A DNA stretch of 64,000 nt from Dehalococcoidia bacterium. GTDB lineage: Bacteria > Chloroflexota > Dehalococcoidia > Plut-88900. The stretch spans positions 736,001-800,000 of the forward strand of contig CBDBLV010000005.1 in the NCBI GenBank assembly GCA_965207225.1, in the 5' to 3' direction. Within the stretch, counting starts at the first letter, position 1; every line of letters begins with the position of its first letter. The position numbers were made by a program, and so were the translations under genes. This document shows, one piece after another, positions 1 through 8,623 of the stretch. The notes under the pieces were generated by a model. That model saw only the letters and a list, made by a program, of their open reading frames with translations, was not told where the DNA came from and made no database searches.

Positions 1-84
1 CTCTCAAGCCTTCATCTCCTGCTAACTACTACGCCGCCCCGTGCCCCGGAGCGGCGTAGATTGCGAAACCTCTTGATTGCGGGA

Positions 85-1254
85 TTACTGCCTCGGCAGC
101 CCCAGCCCCCGGGTCGCTATGATGTTCCGCTGGATCTCCGACGTCCCGCTCTGGATAGTGTCGGAGATGCTCTTCAGGTAGTTGTTCTCTATCCAGCCGT
201 GGGAAGGAGCATTGGCCGACGCCGGCGTAAGCTGGCCGTGCAACCCCAGGATCTGCATGCTCGCCTGCATGATCCGTTGCTCTATCTCCGTCCCGAACGC
301 CTTGCCCATAGAGGCTTCCTTGTTCGGCACCTCTCCCTTGGACTGTATGTAGGCTATCTGGTAGGAAAGCATGTAGGACAGCTCGACGTTGATCGCCATC
401 TCCGCTAGCTTGTTGCGCACCACGGGCAGGTCGATGAGGTTCTTGCCGTTGGCCTTCGTCTCACTGGCGAACCTGCGGGTCTCGTCCAGCGCCCGACGCG
501 CCACCGCCGCATACTCAACTCCCGACCTTTCGAAGTCCAGCAGCGTCATCCCGGCATACCAGCCCCGGTTCACCTCCGCCACCACGTTCCCCTTCGGCAC
601 CCTGACGTTGTCGAAGAACGTCTCGTTGAAGTGGTGTCCGCCCGTCATGTCCACAATCGGCCTCACCGAGACCCCCGGCGTCTTCATGTCCGCCAGGAAC
701 ATGGTGATGCCCCTATGCTTGGGAGCTTCCGGGTCCGTGCGGGCCAGCAGGAGGATCCAGTCGGCCACGTGCGCCTGGGATGTCCATATCTTCTGCCCGT
801 TTATCACCCACTCGTCGCCTTCCAGCACTGCCCGAGTCTGCAGTGACGCCAGGTCAGATCCCGACTCCGGCTCCGAGTAGCCCTGTGCCCACACCACTTC
901 ACCCCGTGCGATTCCGCCGATGTGCTCCTTCTTCTGTTCCTCCGTTCCGTGCACCATGATGGCCGGCCCGATGTACCCGATGCCCTCACCGTCCCGGCCG
1001 GGGGCGTGAGCGTAGGACCACTCGTCGGTGAAGATCACCTGCTGCATCACCGAGGCGTCGGAGCCGCCATATTCTTTAGGCCAGGAGAGCGCCAGCCAAC
1101 CCTTATCGGCCAGCTTCTTACGCATGCCCATTTCCACGGCATGGGCCTCTTCGCTGCCGGGGACCAGGTCCGGGTCTTCCTTCCATTCCGCCGCAAGGAA
1201 GTCCTTGACCTCCTGCCTGAATGCCTGCTCTTCCGCGGTGAATTGAAATCGCAT
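85..1254 (-). CDS. Acyl-CoA dehydrogenase family protein
   Basis: 389 aa; SEPESGSDLASL, NGQKIWTS, FNETFFDNVRVP and GTSEIQRNII motifs typical of ACADs. Confidence 0.93.
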   Translation of the reverse strand: MRFQFTAEEQAFRQEVKDFLAAEWKEDPDLVPGSEEAHAVEMGMRKKLADKGWLALSWPKEYGGSDASVMQQVIFTDEWSYAHAPGRDGEGIGYIGPAIMVHGTEEQKKEHIGGIARGEVVWAQGYSEPESGSDLASLQTRAVLEGDEWVINGQKIWTSQAHVADWILLLARTDPEAPKHRGITMFLADMKTPGVSVRPIVDMTGGHHFNETFFDNVRVPKGNVVAEVNRGWYAGMTLLDFERSGVEYAAVARRALDETRRFASETKANGKNLIDLPVVRNKLAEMAINVELSYMLSYQIAYIQSKGEVPNKEASMGKAFGTEIEQRIMQASMQILGLHGQLTPASANAPSHGWIENNYLKSISDTIQSGTSEIQRNIIATRGLGLPRQ

Positions 1255-1466
1255 CTATATCCTCCTGGCTTTGGGGAACAAGCCCAATCATAGCGGCATG
1301 GGACATACTCGACAAGCCTGGATGTAAGTAGCTTCTAATGCCCACCCCCCGACTCCCCTGTCATTCCGATACCCCGCGAGGAATCTGGGGTGGGGTCCAT
1401 CCCCCCAGTACCAAACTAGAGGCAGAGGTTGGCGCTTATGCGCCAACCTCTGCCTCTGTTTTTTCT

Positions 1467-1520
1467 CCCCCTCTCCCTTAATGGCCCTAAGGGAGAGGGG
1501 GACCAAGGGGGTGAGGGTTC
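1467..1520. repeat. REP-like palindromic element (CCCCTCTCCC...GGGAGAGGGG...GGGTGAGGG)
   Basis: Inverted repeat; related copy at ~35682-35722. Confidence 0.6.
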
Positions 1521-1566
1521 CCTTGGAGGGGCCAGGGGGATATCCCCCCAAATGTCACACTACCCC

Positions 1567-1595
1567 TTGACATACAAACATTTGAGCTTTATATT
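1567..1595 (+). promoter_or_regulatory. sigma70-type promoter of repeated ncRNA-like element, copy 1
   Basis: TTGACA (1567-1572), 17-nt spacer, TATATT (1590-1595); same arrangement in copy 2. Confidence 0.85.
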
Positions 1596-1601
1596 TGTTC
1601 T

Positions 1602-2400
1602 AAGTCTAGACCCGACACCAACCTTAAGGAGGAATCGAAAACTCAGGGGAACAACCCCGGCGCCCGGAGGACTCAACGCCCTAGCCCATCCCAATGCCTC
1701 CCCTCTCCCCGTAGGGGGCGACCGGCCAATCGCCCCCCTTACTAGGAGAGCAGGCTGCGGCACAAGCGACAGTCGCCATCTCCTCCACCCCAATCCCGAT
1801 CCATCACATTCCCCTGTCCCCCAGGCGATGGAAAGACGCCCTGGATAGAAGCCACAGCGGACCGGCCATTCCCCCGCCGAGAGATCCTCTCGGTGGCTGG
1901 TTAGCAGCGAGCTTACGCTATATCAAGCTAGGGGTGGGACGGACTGGCTATCCCCGCCCGGGACTGGCTCCCGGAGGTTGGCCCGTAGGCGAGCTTACGC
2001 CATATCAAGCAAGGGGAAAGGCGGGCCGGCTCTACCCCGCCGGGACCGGTTCCCGGGGGTCGGCCTGCCGGCGAGCTTGAGCCATATCAAGCGAGGGGTT
2101 TGCTGGACCACCCAGACCCGAGGGTGCGCGCCATGTAAAGTAACTCCCGGGGGCTACCCGCCGATCACTGGCCCCCACTGCGCCCTTAGGCGCCTGGGAG
2201 CGGGTCAAGGCTCGGATGTCTGCCCGGACAGCCCGTGCTCCCCATCAAGCATAAGGGTGCGGCCGGCTGCAAGTTCCTCCGCCTGCGTGGTGGAGCGGAC
2301 CCTCCATGGCCCCCGACAGCCGGAACACCGCAGAAGAGTGGAGGCCAACGGCTCGCCAGGTGCGTCTTCCATCGCCGCCCCAAAACCCCACCAGACAGAA
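1602..2400 (+). ncRNA. Candidate large structured ncRNA, copy 1 (family unknown)
   Basis: No credible ORF; own promoter; helix 1824-1844/2356-2376; three 82-nt modules; pairing-preserving differences versus copy at ~47.3-48.1 kb; ends approximate. Confidence 0.7.
1907..2098 (+). repeat. Three 28-nt direct repeats GCGAGCTTnnGCyATATCAAGCnAGGGG, period 82 nt
   Basis: Copies at 1907-1934, 1989-2016, 2071-2098. Confidence 0.95.
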
Positions 2401-2567
2401 CCCAAACCCGAAACCTCACAACCGAATAAAGCCTCGATGCGTCACAACCTACCAAAAGAGTTTAGCCACTCGCACGAATCGCCGACGGGGAGTATCATTC
2501 GCGTTGTACGGGACTCGCTTCTCGTGCATGTGGCCCGCTCTAGCGTGGGAAGGCGTGTGAAACAGAT

Positions 2568-3551
2568 ATGAGCGCCGTCATTATCGATGGCCGCCGGATC
2601 GCCGATAATGTCCGGCTGGGCGTTAAATATGGCGTTCAGGAGCTGAAATCCAAGACGGGGGTCGTGCCGGGCCTCGCTGTGGTCCTTGTTTCCGACGACC
2701 CCGCCTCCAGCAGGTACGTTGCTGCCAAGGAGAGGGCCGCCGAGGAGTCCGGCATCTACTCCCAGACTTTCAAACTCCCCGCCAGCACCTCCGAACCCGA
2801 CCTCCTGGACTTCATCGAACGCCTCAACCACGACGACCGGTTCCACGGCATCCTCATCCAGTTCCCCGTCCCGCACGGCATCGACATGCTCAACGTCATC
2901 AACGCCGTTGACCCCATGAAAGACATCGAGGGCCTTCACCCCCTGGATGTGGGCTGGCTCCTGGCCGGAGAGCCCAGATTCGTGCCCTGCACCCCCGCAG
3001 GCATCCATCGAATGCTGGTCTCCATTGGCCACCACCCGGACGGAAAGCACGTAGTGGTGGTCGGCGGTAGCCTCATCGTCGGCCGACCCCTCGCCGCCCT
3101 TCTTCTCCAGGAAAAGCCCTGGGCCAACGCTACCGTTACCATCTGCCATCTCGGCACCACGGACGTCCCCAGCATCACCCGCATGGCCGACATCCTCGTG
3201 GTCGCTACTGGCAACCCCCAGGGCATAACCGGGGACATGGTCAAGAAGGGCGCAGTTGTAGTGGACGTCGGGATACACGCCATCCCGGACCCGACCAGAA
3301 AGAAAGGCTACCGCATCGTCGGCGACGTGGACTACGACTCCGTGAAGGAGAAGGCCCTTGCCATAACTCCCGTGCCGGGAGGTGTGGGAGTAATGACCGT
3401 CGCTATGCTGATGGTCAACACCCTGAAGGCGGCCAGGCTTTCAGCCGAGCCCGTGCTGCCTCCCTTCAGGATCGAGGACTACATGCACATCCGCCCCAGG
3501 TACGACACCGCCCACACCTACCTGACCTACCGGGACCCTACCAGCCGATAG
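2568..3551 (+). CDS. folD: Bifunctional methylene-THF dehydrogenase/cyclohydrolase (divergent, C-terminally extended)
   Basis: IIDG start, YxxxK, GILIQFP, PCTPAG, VVVDVGI, TPVPGGVG motifs. Confidence 0.92.
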   Translation: MSAVIIDGRRIADNVRLGVKYGVQELKSKTGVVPGLAVVLVSDDPASSRYVAAKERAAEESGIYSQTFKLPASTSEPDLLDFIERLNHDDRFHGILIQFPVPHGIDMLNVINAVDPMKDIEGLHPLDVGWLLAGEPRFVPCTPAGIHRMLVSIGHHPDGKHVVVVGGSLIVGRPLAALLLQEKPWANATVTICHLGTTDVPSITRMADILVVATGNPQGITGDMVKKGAVVVDVGIHAIPDPTRKKGYRIVGDVDYDSVKEKALAITPVPGGVGVMTVAMLMVNTLKAARLSAEPVLPPFRIEDYMHIRPRYDTAHTYLTYRDPTSR

Positions 3552-5253
3552 CGTACCCGTCCCGACGAGGGTCCGCCGCCCCGAACAGCGCCCCTGTCGC
3601 CGGGTCCCGACGTATCATCACCTCGCTCCCCGACGCACCCCAGTCCCCCAGGATCTCCAGTTCGTGGCCCTTATTCTCCAGCGCCCTTCTAGCTTTCTCC
3701 GGGAACCGGCCCTCCAACTGCAGCCTGTCCCCAAACTCCCTCGGCTCCGTCGACTCCGTATTGTTCTGAAGGTGCCTCCATCTCGGGGCCTCCACCGCCT
3801 CGGACACATTCATTCCGAAGTCCAGGACGTGGGTGATAACCTGCATGTTGGTCTGGACCTGGGTGTCGGCGCCCGGGGTACCGCAGACCAGGACCAGCTC
3901 GCCGTTCGTCATCGCATTCTCCTCCCCCTCGAAAACCATCACCGGATTCATCGTATGCCTCACCCGACGCCCCGGAGTCAGGCAGTTGATGTGGTTGGGG
4001 TCAAGGTGCCAGTAGGTCATCCGGTCGTTGAGCAATATCCCCGTCCCGTCCACCACCACCCCGGACCCGAATGACGTCTGCTGGCTCTGTAGCTGGCTCA
4101 CCGCATTACCCCACCTGTCCACTACCACAAAGCACGTAGTGTCCCCTCCCCTGTCCCTCACCGTGCCTCGTTTTGCCACCTGTCTCTCCTTCGCCGGTCC
4201 GTCCTGATACTTGTACGGGTCCCCAGGAGCGACCTCCCTGTTCACCCTCCTCCGGTCTATGAGTGATGCCCGCTCCCACGCGTACATCTTGGAGAGCAGC
4301 CCTTGAATGGGTATGTCCAGGTAGTCAGGATCGGCAACGTATGCCTCCCTGTCGGCGAAGGCCAGCTTCTTTGCCTCCACCATTACGTGCACGGCCTCGG
4401 GCGTATTGCACCCGAGATCCCGGATGTCCATATGCTCGATGATGTTCAGCTCCTGCAACAGCACGTGTCCGCTGGAGTTCGGCGGCACCTCGAAGACTGT
4501 GTGCCCGTGGTAAGTGGTCGAAATAGGGTCCTGCCACTCCCCGTGAAACCGCCCCAGGTCCTCCAGTGAGAGAAGGCCACCGTTCAACCGGTTGTAGCGG
4601 ACTATGGCCTCGGCTATTTCGCCCCGGTAAAACACGTCCGCCCCGCCGGAGGCTATCAATTCGAAGGTATCAGCCAGGTCTCCCTGGTACAGGACTTCCC
4701 CAGCCTCCAGGGGTCGACCTCCCGGCGCAAATATCTCCTTCGATACCGGGTGGTTACACAGGAACGTATCATCTGCTATATCTTTTGCGAGCTTTCTGCT
4801 AACCGGAAAGCCGTCCCTTGCCAGCCCGACCGCCGGTGCAAATATCTCGGAGATCGGTAGTGACCCGTATCTCTCATGGGCCGCGAGCCAGGCGTCCAGC
4901 AACCCCGGCACCGACACCGATAGAAGCCCCTTCTCAGGGATGCCCGTGTCCGCATACCTCTCCCGAGTCGCCGCTAGGGGCGCGGGCCCCGTGCCGTTCG
5001 CGACCTCTATCTTCCCCAAGTCCCGACGGTAGACCATGATGAAGCCATCTCCCCCTATCCCCGACATCTGTGGCTCTACAACGTTCACCGCGGCGGCCAC
5101 CGCTATCGCCGCGTCAACCGCATTCCCACCCTGTTGCAGTATCGAAATACCCGCTTGTGATGCCAGCGGATGTCCCGAGGCCACCATTCCGTTCCGCCCC
5201 ATGATGTCGGGCCTGTGCGATTCAAACTGTACGCCGTGTGGAGAACTTGGCAT
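3538..5253 (-). CDS. ggt: Gamma-glutamyltransferase family protein
   Basis: GGNAVDAAIA, VPG, PPNSSG, FADR, catalytic Thr in DTTCF, DPRRDG C-terminus. Confidence 0.92.
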   Translation of the reverse strand: MPSSPHGVQFESHRPDIMGRNGMVASGHPLASQAGISILQQGGNAVDAAIAVAAAVNVVEPQMSGIGGDGFIMVYRRDLGKIEVANGTGPAPLAATRERYADTGIPEKGLLSVSVPGLLDAWLAAHERYGSLPISEIFAPAVGLARDGFPVSRKLAKDIADDTFLCNHPVSKEIFAPGGRPLEAGEVLYQGDLADTFELIASGGADVFYRGEIAEAIVRYNRLNGGLLSLEDLGRFHGEWQDPISTTYHGHTVFEVPPNSSGHVLLQELNIIEHMDIRDLGCNTPEAVHVMVEAKKLAFADREAYVADPDYLDIPIQGLLSKMYAWERASLIDRRRVNREVAPGDPYKYQDGPAKERQVAKRGTVRDRGGDTTCFVVVDRWGNAVSQLQSQQTSFGSGVVVDGTGILLNDRMTYWHLDPNHINCLTPGRRVRHTMNPVMVFEGEENAMTNGELVLVCGTPGADTQVQTNMQVITHVLDFGMNVSEAVEAPRWRHLQNNTESTEPREFGDRLQLEGRFPEKARRALENKGHELEILGDWGASGSEVMIRRDPATGALFGAADPRRDGYAIGW

Positions 5254-5515
5254 ATCCTGGCCTCCGGGAAGCTAGAGTTGGACTGGATTATAGCGGACGC
5301 TCCCTATTGCGATGCTTTGCCATTCCCTTCCTCAGCCAAGGCCTGACCGATGGATGCAACTATTCCAGTTGACTTGACTGTATCTGACAAAGGGCGCTAT
5401 TGCCCTTTTTTGATAGCCTGTTTTGCCCTCTCCATAGCGGAGTTGTATACTGAAATTATTGAGACCTATCTAAGGTCGCCTGGAGTGCCTAGTCGATGCT
5501 CGGAGGAACAGATCG

Positions 5516-7540
5516 ATGACCCTGACGAAGGGCACTGAATCCACTGCCCTAAGCTTGCCCGAGGAGCTAATCATCATGCTCCTCAATGAGGAAACCGGCT
5601 ATTTCCACCAGGTGCCGGGCTGGGACTTGAATTGTGCTATCGCCGGCGCCGTAATCGCCGAGCTTTCCCTGCGTTCCCGTATAGACACCGATATGGAGTC
5701 CCTGTACCTCCTGGACGACACCCCTACAGGGGATTCAACCCTCGACCCCATCCTCAAGGAAATTGCTGACGAGCCTGTTCGTCATAACGCCCAGTACTGG
5801 GTCGAGCGCCTGGCTCCTCGCGCCGAATCCATCATAGATCTCACCTTGGACCGCTTGACAGGGCTCAAAATCCTCGAGCACCACGATGGCGAGTTCTGGA
5901 CACTATCTCGTTCTGCCTGGAGCGGCGGGTCACTCAGTGACTCGAGGAACGGCTCCGCCACGGAGTTCGTCAGGACGCGTATTGACAGGATCATCTTCGA
6001 AAACGAACTCCCCGACCCACGCGACATCATCATTATCTGCCTCATCAACACCTGCGACGTTTTCCGCTTCATGTTCCAGCTGGACGAGGAGTCAGAAAAG
6101 CGCATCGGGTTCATATGCAATATGGACTTGATCGCCCAATCAATTGCAACCGCTGTATCCCAAAACTTCGCCGGCCCTTTGTTGAGACGGTCGGCGCTTA
6201 CCAAGGATATCCCGAGAGTATCCCTGCGCAAAATGCTCTTCAATCCGCATCTTCGCAATGGGAACATACCGGCTCTCTTTGCCGACCTCGCCAAGGAGTA
6301 TGGCCCTGTTTTTGAGGTCCGTCCCCCGTTTTCCAAGTCTATGATCTTCCTCGCCGGCCCCGAGACGAATCACTGGGTGCATCGCCGCGGCCGAATGTAC
6401 CTGAGGGCAAGGGACTATTTTGAGGGTCTCGAGAAGGTCTATGGCGCGGCCGGGGTGTTGCCTTCTCTGGACGGCGCCGACCACTTCAGGCTCCGCAAGT
6501 CCTTGTCGTCTGCCTATTCCCGAAAAAGACTGGCAGATCAGATGGACGACCTGTTCGGCCATGCTCGTATGCACATGGCCCAGTGGAAGGTTGGTGAGTC
6601 CTATCCTGCAACCGGCATGAGCCGCTCCATGATAAACGCTCAAATATCACCCCTCCTGATCGGCGTGGAATCCCAAGACCTCATCGACGACTTGCTGAAG
6701 TTCAAAGAACGGGCCCTTGCCGTTCACATCCTGAAAGTTATGCCCAAGTTCATGCTGAAAACTCCCGGCATGAGGCGTCGTGCGAAAAAAATCGAAACCT
6801 TGCTTGAACGCATCCAGCGTGTGCATACCCCGGCTCAGCGAGCCGGGCAACATCGAAACCTTGTGGACGACTATCTGAGCCTCCACGCCAGCGACCCCCA
6901 GTTCGTGCCAGAGTCCAACCTGCGGTTCAATTTCACCGTGGCGCTGGTGGCCAGTGCATACCTTGGCGACGCATTCAGCTTTGCCTTATACGCTATGGCT
7001 TCGCAGCCTGAAATGTACGCGAAAATCCAAGCCGAAGCCGACGCCCTGTTCGACAATGGAGACCCGGGTCCCGATAACTTTGATCCCTCTTCAATCGACG
7101 TCACCCACAGGTTCCTAATGGAATGCCTGCGCATGTATCCCATCGTTCCGATGTCCCTGCGGCACGTGATGAATGCGTGTGTTGTTGAAGATTACGAATT
7201 GCCCGTGGGCTCAAGGGTCGCCATTGCCCAGACGGCCTCCCATTACATGAGCGATATCTTTCCCGACCCCTTCAAGTTCGATATAGACCGCTACCTCCCG
7301 CCGAGAAATGAGCACCGCAGTCCCGGGTACGCACCCTATGGACTCGGAACTCACACCTGCCTCGGATCCCGGTGGATGGAACTGCAGCTTGCCGTTAACG
7401 TCCTCATGGTGGCGCATTACTTTACGCTAAAGGTGTCGCCTCCCAATTTCAAGTTAAGAATCAATCCCTTACCCTCGTTGAAACCCAGCAAGAAGCTGAG
7501 ATTTCTCATTGCAGAGCAGCGGCGAGATTTGAACGTTTAG
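5516..7540 (+). CDS. GPP34/GOLPH3-like domain fused to cytochrome P450
   Basis: N-terminal LSLPEELIIMLL...GAVIAELSLRSRI...TGDSTLD (GPP34-like); C-terminal ExxR (ECLR), PFKFDIDRY, heme motif YGLGTHTCLG. Confidence 0.85.
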   Translation: MTLTKGTESTALSLPEELIIMLLNEETGYFHQVPGWDLNCAIAGAVIAELSLRSRIDTDMESLYLLDDTPTGDSTLDPILKEIADEPVRHNAQYWVERLAPRAESIIDLTLDRLTGLKILEHHDGEFWTLSRSAWSGGSLSDSRNGSATEFVRTRIDRIIFENELPDPRDIIIICLINTCDVFRFMFQLDEESEKRIGFICNMDLIAQSIATAVSQNFAGPLLRRSALTKDIPRVSLRKMLFNPHLRNGNIPALFADLAKEYGPVFEVRPPFSKSMIFLAGPETNHWVHRRGRMYLRARDYFEGLEKVYGAAGVLPSLDGADHFRLRKSLSSAYSRKRLADQMDDLFGHARMHMAQWKVGESYPATGMSRSMINAQISPLLIGVESQDLIDDLLKFKERALAVHILKVMPKFMLKTPGMRRRAKKIETLLERIQRVHTPAQRAGQHRNLVDDYLSLHASDPQFVPESNLRFNFTVALVASAYLGDAFSFALYAMASQPEMYAKIQAEADALFDNGDPGPDNFDPSSIDVTHRFLMECLRMYPIVPMSLRHVMNACVVEDYELPVGSRVAIAQTASHYMSDIFPDPFKFDIDRYLPPRNEHRSPGYAPYGLGTHTCLGSRWMELQLAVNVLMVAHYFTLKVSPPNFKLRINPLPSLKPSKKLRFLIAEQRRDLNV

Positions 7541-7573
7541 GTCACTCTTGCCCGACGTGAGCGAAGGAGGGGC

Positions 7574-8611
7574 CTAAAGGGGTTTGCGGGCCAGGAAGCA
7601 GTACAGCGGTGTGAATACCCCGGCCCTTCCACCTGCGACATAAGCATTCGCGGTCCGATCAAGCAACCTCACCACTTCCGATGACCCTTTTGGGAACATC
7701 CCCAGCGTCTCGGCCACCCTGGACATGGCTATGAATAGCTTACGTCCCAGCGGAATCCTGCGCAGGGCGTTGCCCAGCGTTCCATGCCGATTGTCCATCG
7801 GTTGATACCACGACGTGATTGGACCGTTCCCTTCCACAGCCCGGTCCTTCCCCTCGATAACTTCAAATCCCACCGATTCCAGGTCCCGATTCACCTCTCC
7901 CATAGTCGCTATATCCTTGAGCGCGATGCCACGCATAAGTTCCCTTTTGATGGCCTGGTGCCGGCTGTCTTCGGGGTCGAACCTGTTCGTCATGCACATC
8001 TCCTGGCCCCAGAAGAAGGCCCCGGGCTTCAGCACGCGGTAGATTTCCGCGAATGCCCCTGCCTTGTCCGGCGCATGGCACGTAGATTCAATCGCGTAGC
8101 CCCGGTCGAACGTGTTGTCCGCAATGGCGCCCATGTCCATGAAACTGCATGCAAGGTAGTCAACCATGTGGTCGAGTCCCGCCTCTTGATTCAATGACCT
8201 GGCCTTCTCTAACTGGACTTCGCTTCTATTGATCCCCGTGATCTTCACCCCTGCCTCCCGGGCCACCCGGCGCATAGGACCCCCAATCCCACACCCGACA
8301 TCAATCACGGTCATGCCTTCACGCAGTTCAAGCTTGGCGATCATCAGCCTCTGGTGCCGAATCTTGGATTCCTCCAGGGTTTCGCCGGGAGTTAGGGGGG
8401 CAAAGTGGAGGGACTCGCCCCAACCGAACACCATGAACTCATTGCACAGGTCGTAGTATTCCCTCACGGTTTCGGTGTGGTCGTAGTCTGTCGAGTTGGC
8501 ATTCCTCCCGTCGGCTCTTTTCATCCATCCGTCGAAGTGGTCAACGCGTCGGTGCACGTCCGACCCACGGTACGCGGCCTTCAGCCCACTGGATAGTTTC
8601 CGGAGTTGCAC
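7574..8611 (-). CDS. Sterol C24-methyltransferase-like SAM-dependent methyltransferase
   Basis: YYD..FGWGESLHFA, DVGCGIGGP, AIESTCHAP, RVLKPG match SMT/ERG6 conserved regions. Confidence 0.85.
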   Translation of the reverse strand: MQLRKLSSGLKAAYRGSDVHRRVDHFDGWMKRADGRNANSTDYDHTETVREYYDLCNEFMVFGWGESLHFAPLTPGETLEESKIRHQRLMIAKLELREGMTVIDVGCGIGGPMRRVAREAGVKITGINRSEVQLEKARSLNQEAGLDHMVDYLACSFMDMGAIADNTFDRGYAIESTCHAPDKAGAFAEIYRVLKPGAFFWGQEMCMTNRFDPEDSRHQAIKRELMRGIALKDIATMGEVNRDLESVGFEVIEGKDRAVEGNGPITSWYQPMDNRHGTLGNALRRIPLGRKLFIAMSRVAETLGMFPKGSSEVVRLLDRTANAYVAGGRAGVFTPLYCFLARKPL

Positions 8612-8623
8612 TAGCCTGGTTTC

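Noticed and set aside
1575-1601. LexA box (GAAC-N4-GTTC) in the element promoter
   Set aside because: Only half-sites or degenerate matches (AAACatttGAGC, TTATatttGTTC)
1907-2098. CRISPR array interpretation of the 28-nt repeats
   Set aside because: Only three imperfect repeats; the 54-nt intervals are structured and conserved between both loci; no cas genes
2024-2098. Canonical HDV-like ribozyme
   Set aside because: Similar strand order and GGCCGGC start, but no 3-bp P3/L3 or P1.1; kept only as an analogy
1824-2376. MITE with terminal inverted repeats
   Set aside because: Homology extends ~280 nt upstream and ~50 nt downstream of the inverted repeat; no TSD; changes are G-U-type and strand-specific
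1824-2400. RNase P RNA, tmRNA, group I/II intron, or ZTP/SAM/cobalamin riboswitch
   Set aside because: Lacks GAGGAAAGUCC, tRNA-like ends, group II domain V and the aptamer cores; only short chance matches such as ACAGAAC
1429-2571. ORFs across the element (1429-1848, 1978-2571; 47246-47818, 47653-48177)
   Set aside because: P/R/G-rich, no domain motifs, and frames and stops are not preserved between copies
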